Assembly: GCA_964647725.1 (NCBI GenBank)
Contig: CAZYJI010000005.1
Coordinates: 47,190 to 111,189, forward strand
From: an uncultured Alphaproteobacteria bacterium
GTDB taxonomy: Bacteria; Pseudomonadota; Alphaproteobacteria; SHNJ01
Length of the DNA: 64,000 nucleotides
Direction: 5' to 3'
The position numbers and the translations under genes were made by a program. Shown here piece after piece: positions 62,425 through 64,000 of the stretch (its first letter is position 1; each line of letters opens with the position of its first letter). The notes under the pieces are model-generated. The model was not told the DNA's origin. It searched no databases and saw nothing but the letters and a program-made list of their open reading frames with translations.

Positions 62425-63867
62425 CTAATTTCCATCGAAAATAGGCAGATAAATCGTGAATTTACTGCCGACATTTTCTTCGCTGTCGATGGTAAGGCAA
62501 CCGCGATGCCGGTTTAGAATATGTTTTACAATCGCCAGGCCCAATCCGGTGCCGCCGACTTCGCGCGAACGGGCCTTGTCGACGCGGTAAAACCGTTCGG
62601 TCAGGCGCGGGATATGTTGCGCCGGTATGCCCGCGCCGCGATCGGTAACGCTGACAAAAATCACTTGTTCTTCCGGAATAGGGAATTGCGGCGGGATTTG
62701 CCCGGTTTTCCCGGCTTCGACCATAACCGGCGTACCATGCCGGCCGTACCGAATCGCATTGGTGACCAGATTCGAAATCACTTGGAATAATTCGTCCGCG
62801 TCGCCTTGCACCGGCGGCAGATTTTCCTCCACCTTGATTTGCAAAGTCATATTTTTCTGCCGCACCTGCATTTGCAGCATCACAGCAATATTATTCAAAA
62901 TTGGTTCGATCTCGGCTTCGTCTTCGGGCTGATGATGTTCGCGCATTTCGATGCGCGACAGGGACAATAAATCTTCAACCAACCGCGACATGTTTTTCGC
63001 CTGGGTTTCGATGATTTTCAGGAAATTTTTCTGCGCCTCGGCATCCTTGCTGGCGGGGCCCTGCAAAGTTTCCACGAAACCCAAAACGCTGGCCAGCGGC
63101 GTGCGCATTTCATGACTGACATTGGCAACGAAATCGGCGCGCATTTGTTCGGTGCGTTTAATGGTGGTAATATCGTTTAACGATAATAACAGCGCCGATT
63201 TTAGTTCATTCAAAGTAAATCCGCGGTGCTGAATCGGTTTGACCCGGGCTTGGAACGTACGCTCGACCGGCGTTGTCAAATGCACCTCGATATCGTCTTC
63301 TTCGCCGGCGGCAATCGATTGTTTACAAGTTTCCAATAATTGCGGATCGCGCAGAATGCTTGTCAAATTTTTGCTGATCAATAAATCGGGGAATAATTCC
63401 CGGGCGCTGTCGTTGGCGCGCAAAATATGCAAATCCGGATCCAGCACCATAACCGGTTCCGGCAGACTTTCCATCAAATCGGTTTGCGATTGTTGCAAGG
63501 CCTTCATCGCCTCGGTCGTGGCGCGCGCGTCTTCTTGCAATTTGGATAAGGTTGCGATAACGCTTTGTGCGGCTTCTTCCAAACTCATATCGCGCTTCAA
63601 TTGCGGAATCCGGTCCAAAATGCCAAGATCCATGGCCAGATTGATGATTTTTTCCCGCACTTTCAGCCAGGGGCGGATCATATATAAACCCTGCACCGCG
63701 ATCAGGCCGAATACCACCACCATCAATTGCGAACATTCCAGCCAGCCGTCATGGCAACTACGCGCCTTGAAAATTCCGTGTAAAAACAAGGCCGCCAGGA
63801 CCGCAAATACCCAAGGTTGAACCCGGTTAATCGCCCGGCCGAATTTGATAATGTCGAAATCGCGCAC
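62425..63867 (-). CDS. phoR: phosphate regulon sensor histidine kinase PhoR
   Basis: N-terminal TMs, a PAS-like region, the H-box 'HEMRTPL' and the HATPase_c N/G boxes are present. Confidence 0.9.
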   Translation of the reverse strand: MRDFDIIKFGRAINRVQPWVFAVLAALFLHGIFKARSCHDGWLECSQLMVVVFGLIAVQGLYMIRPWLKVREKIINLAMDLGILDRIPQLKRDMSLEEAAQSVIATLSKLQEDARATTEAMKALQQSQTDLMESLPEPVMVLDPDLHILRANDSARELFPDLLISKNLTSILRDPQLLETCKQSIAAGEEDDIEVHLTTPVERTFQARVKPIQHRGFTLNELKSALLLSLNDITTIKRTEQMRADFVANVSHEMRTPLASVLGFVETLQGPASKDAEAQKNFLKIIETQAKNMSRLVEDLLSLSRIEMREHHQPEDEAEIEPILNNIAVMLQMQVRQKNMTLQIKVEENLPPVQGDADELFQVISNLVTNAIRYGRHGTPVMVEAGKTGQIPPQFPIPEEQVIFVSVTDRGAGIPAQHIPRLTERFYRVDKARSREVGGTGLGLAIVKHILNRHRGCLTIDSEENVGSKFTIYLPIFDGN

Positions 63868-64000
63868 TTTACCTCGCCTCTTGCGTTCGCTATTCTGCGC
63901 AAGTCTAAGCAGGGTTTAGGCAAAGTACAATATAGAATGTAAAAATACCGGGGCAGATTACCATGGCGCAAGCCTTGCACCTATTTCCAGAAATAGAATC

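Overview
This window reads as an alphaproteobacterial chromosome segment carrying the conserved origin-proximal gene set, with several accessory insertions between the core genes. Gene order from start to end is: upstream fragment, holA | parB, parA | rsmG, mnmG | mnmE | rho | PPDK-regulatory protein, maf, coaE, dnaQ | secB | Tim44-like, mltA, smr | HIT | comM | gshB, BON-lipoprotein, yraN, rsmI | lpoA-like | hemW, rdgB, rph | hrcA, grpE | dnaK, dnaJ | dapB | nth | bactofilin | adenosine kinase, ampG | phoB, phoU, pstBACS, phoR. No rRNA, tRNA, CRISPR array, IS element or transposase is recognisable. hemE, which normally lies next to rho in this arrangement, is absent. Poorly characterised gene cassettes sit between the core blocks: holA|parB, parA|rsmG, mnmG|mnmE, mnmE|rho, comM|gshB, rph|hrcA and grpE|dnaK. 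The observations most worth a second look are listed here and detailed in the findings. (1) A roughly 50-nt double-hairpin repeat occurs three times; two inverted copies exactly bracket a DUF559 endonuclease gene. (2) A 24-26 bp perfect palindrome, AAATTGTTCCACGTGGAACAATTT, occurs exactly twice and brackets mnmG. (3) The mnmG|mnmE insert holds a membrane-anchored SAM-methyltransferase and a two-gene operon; one operon product carries three LuxR/GerE-like HTH repeats. (4) dnaK is split by a roughly 29-nt deletion and frameshift. (5) A truncated tandem paralog of an amino-acid-type substrate-binding protein overlaps the rsmG stop codon. (6) Two tandem small paralogous proteins share a WxxGxMV(K)R C-terminal motif, and a 24-codon ORF with a strong Shine-Dalgarno lies next to them. 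(7) A secreted cysteine-rich small protein is divergently paired with a membrane-protein gene pair. (8) A paralog family of glycine-zipper small membrane proteins, plus an orphan receiver-domain protein, flanks the hrcA-grpE-dnaK locus. All functional calls rest on reading motifs in the supplied translations; no database search was possible.
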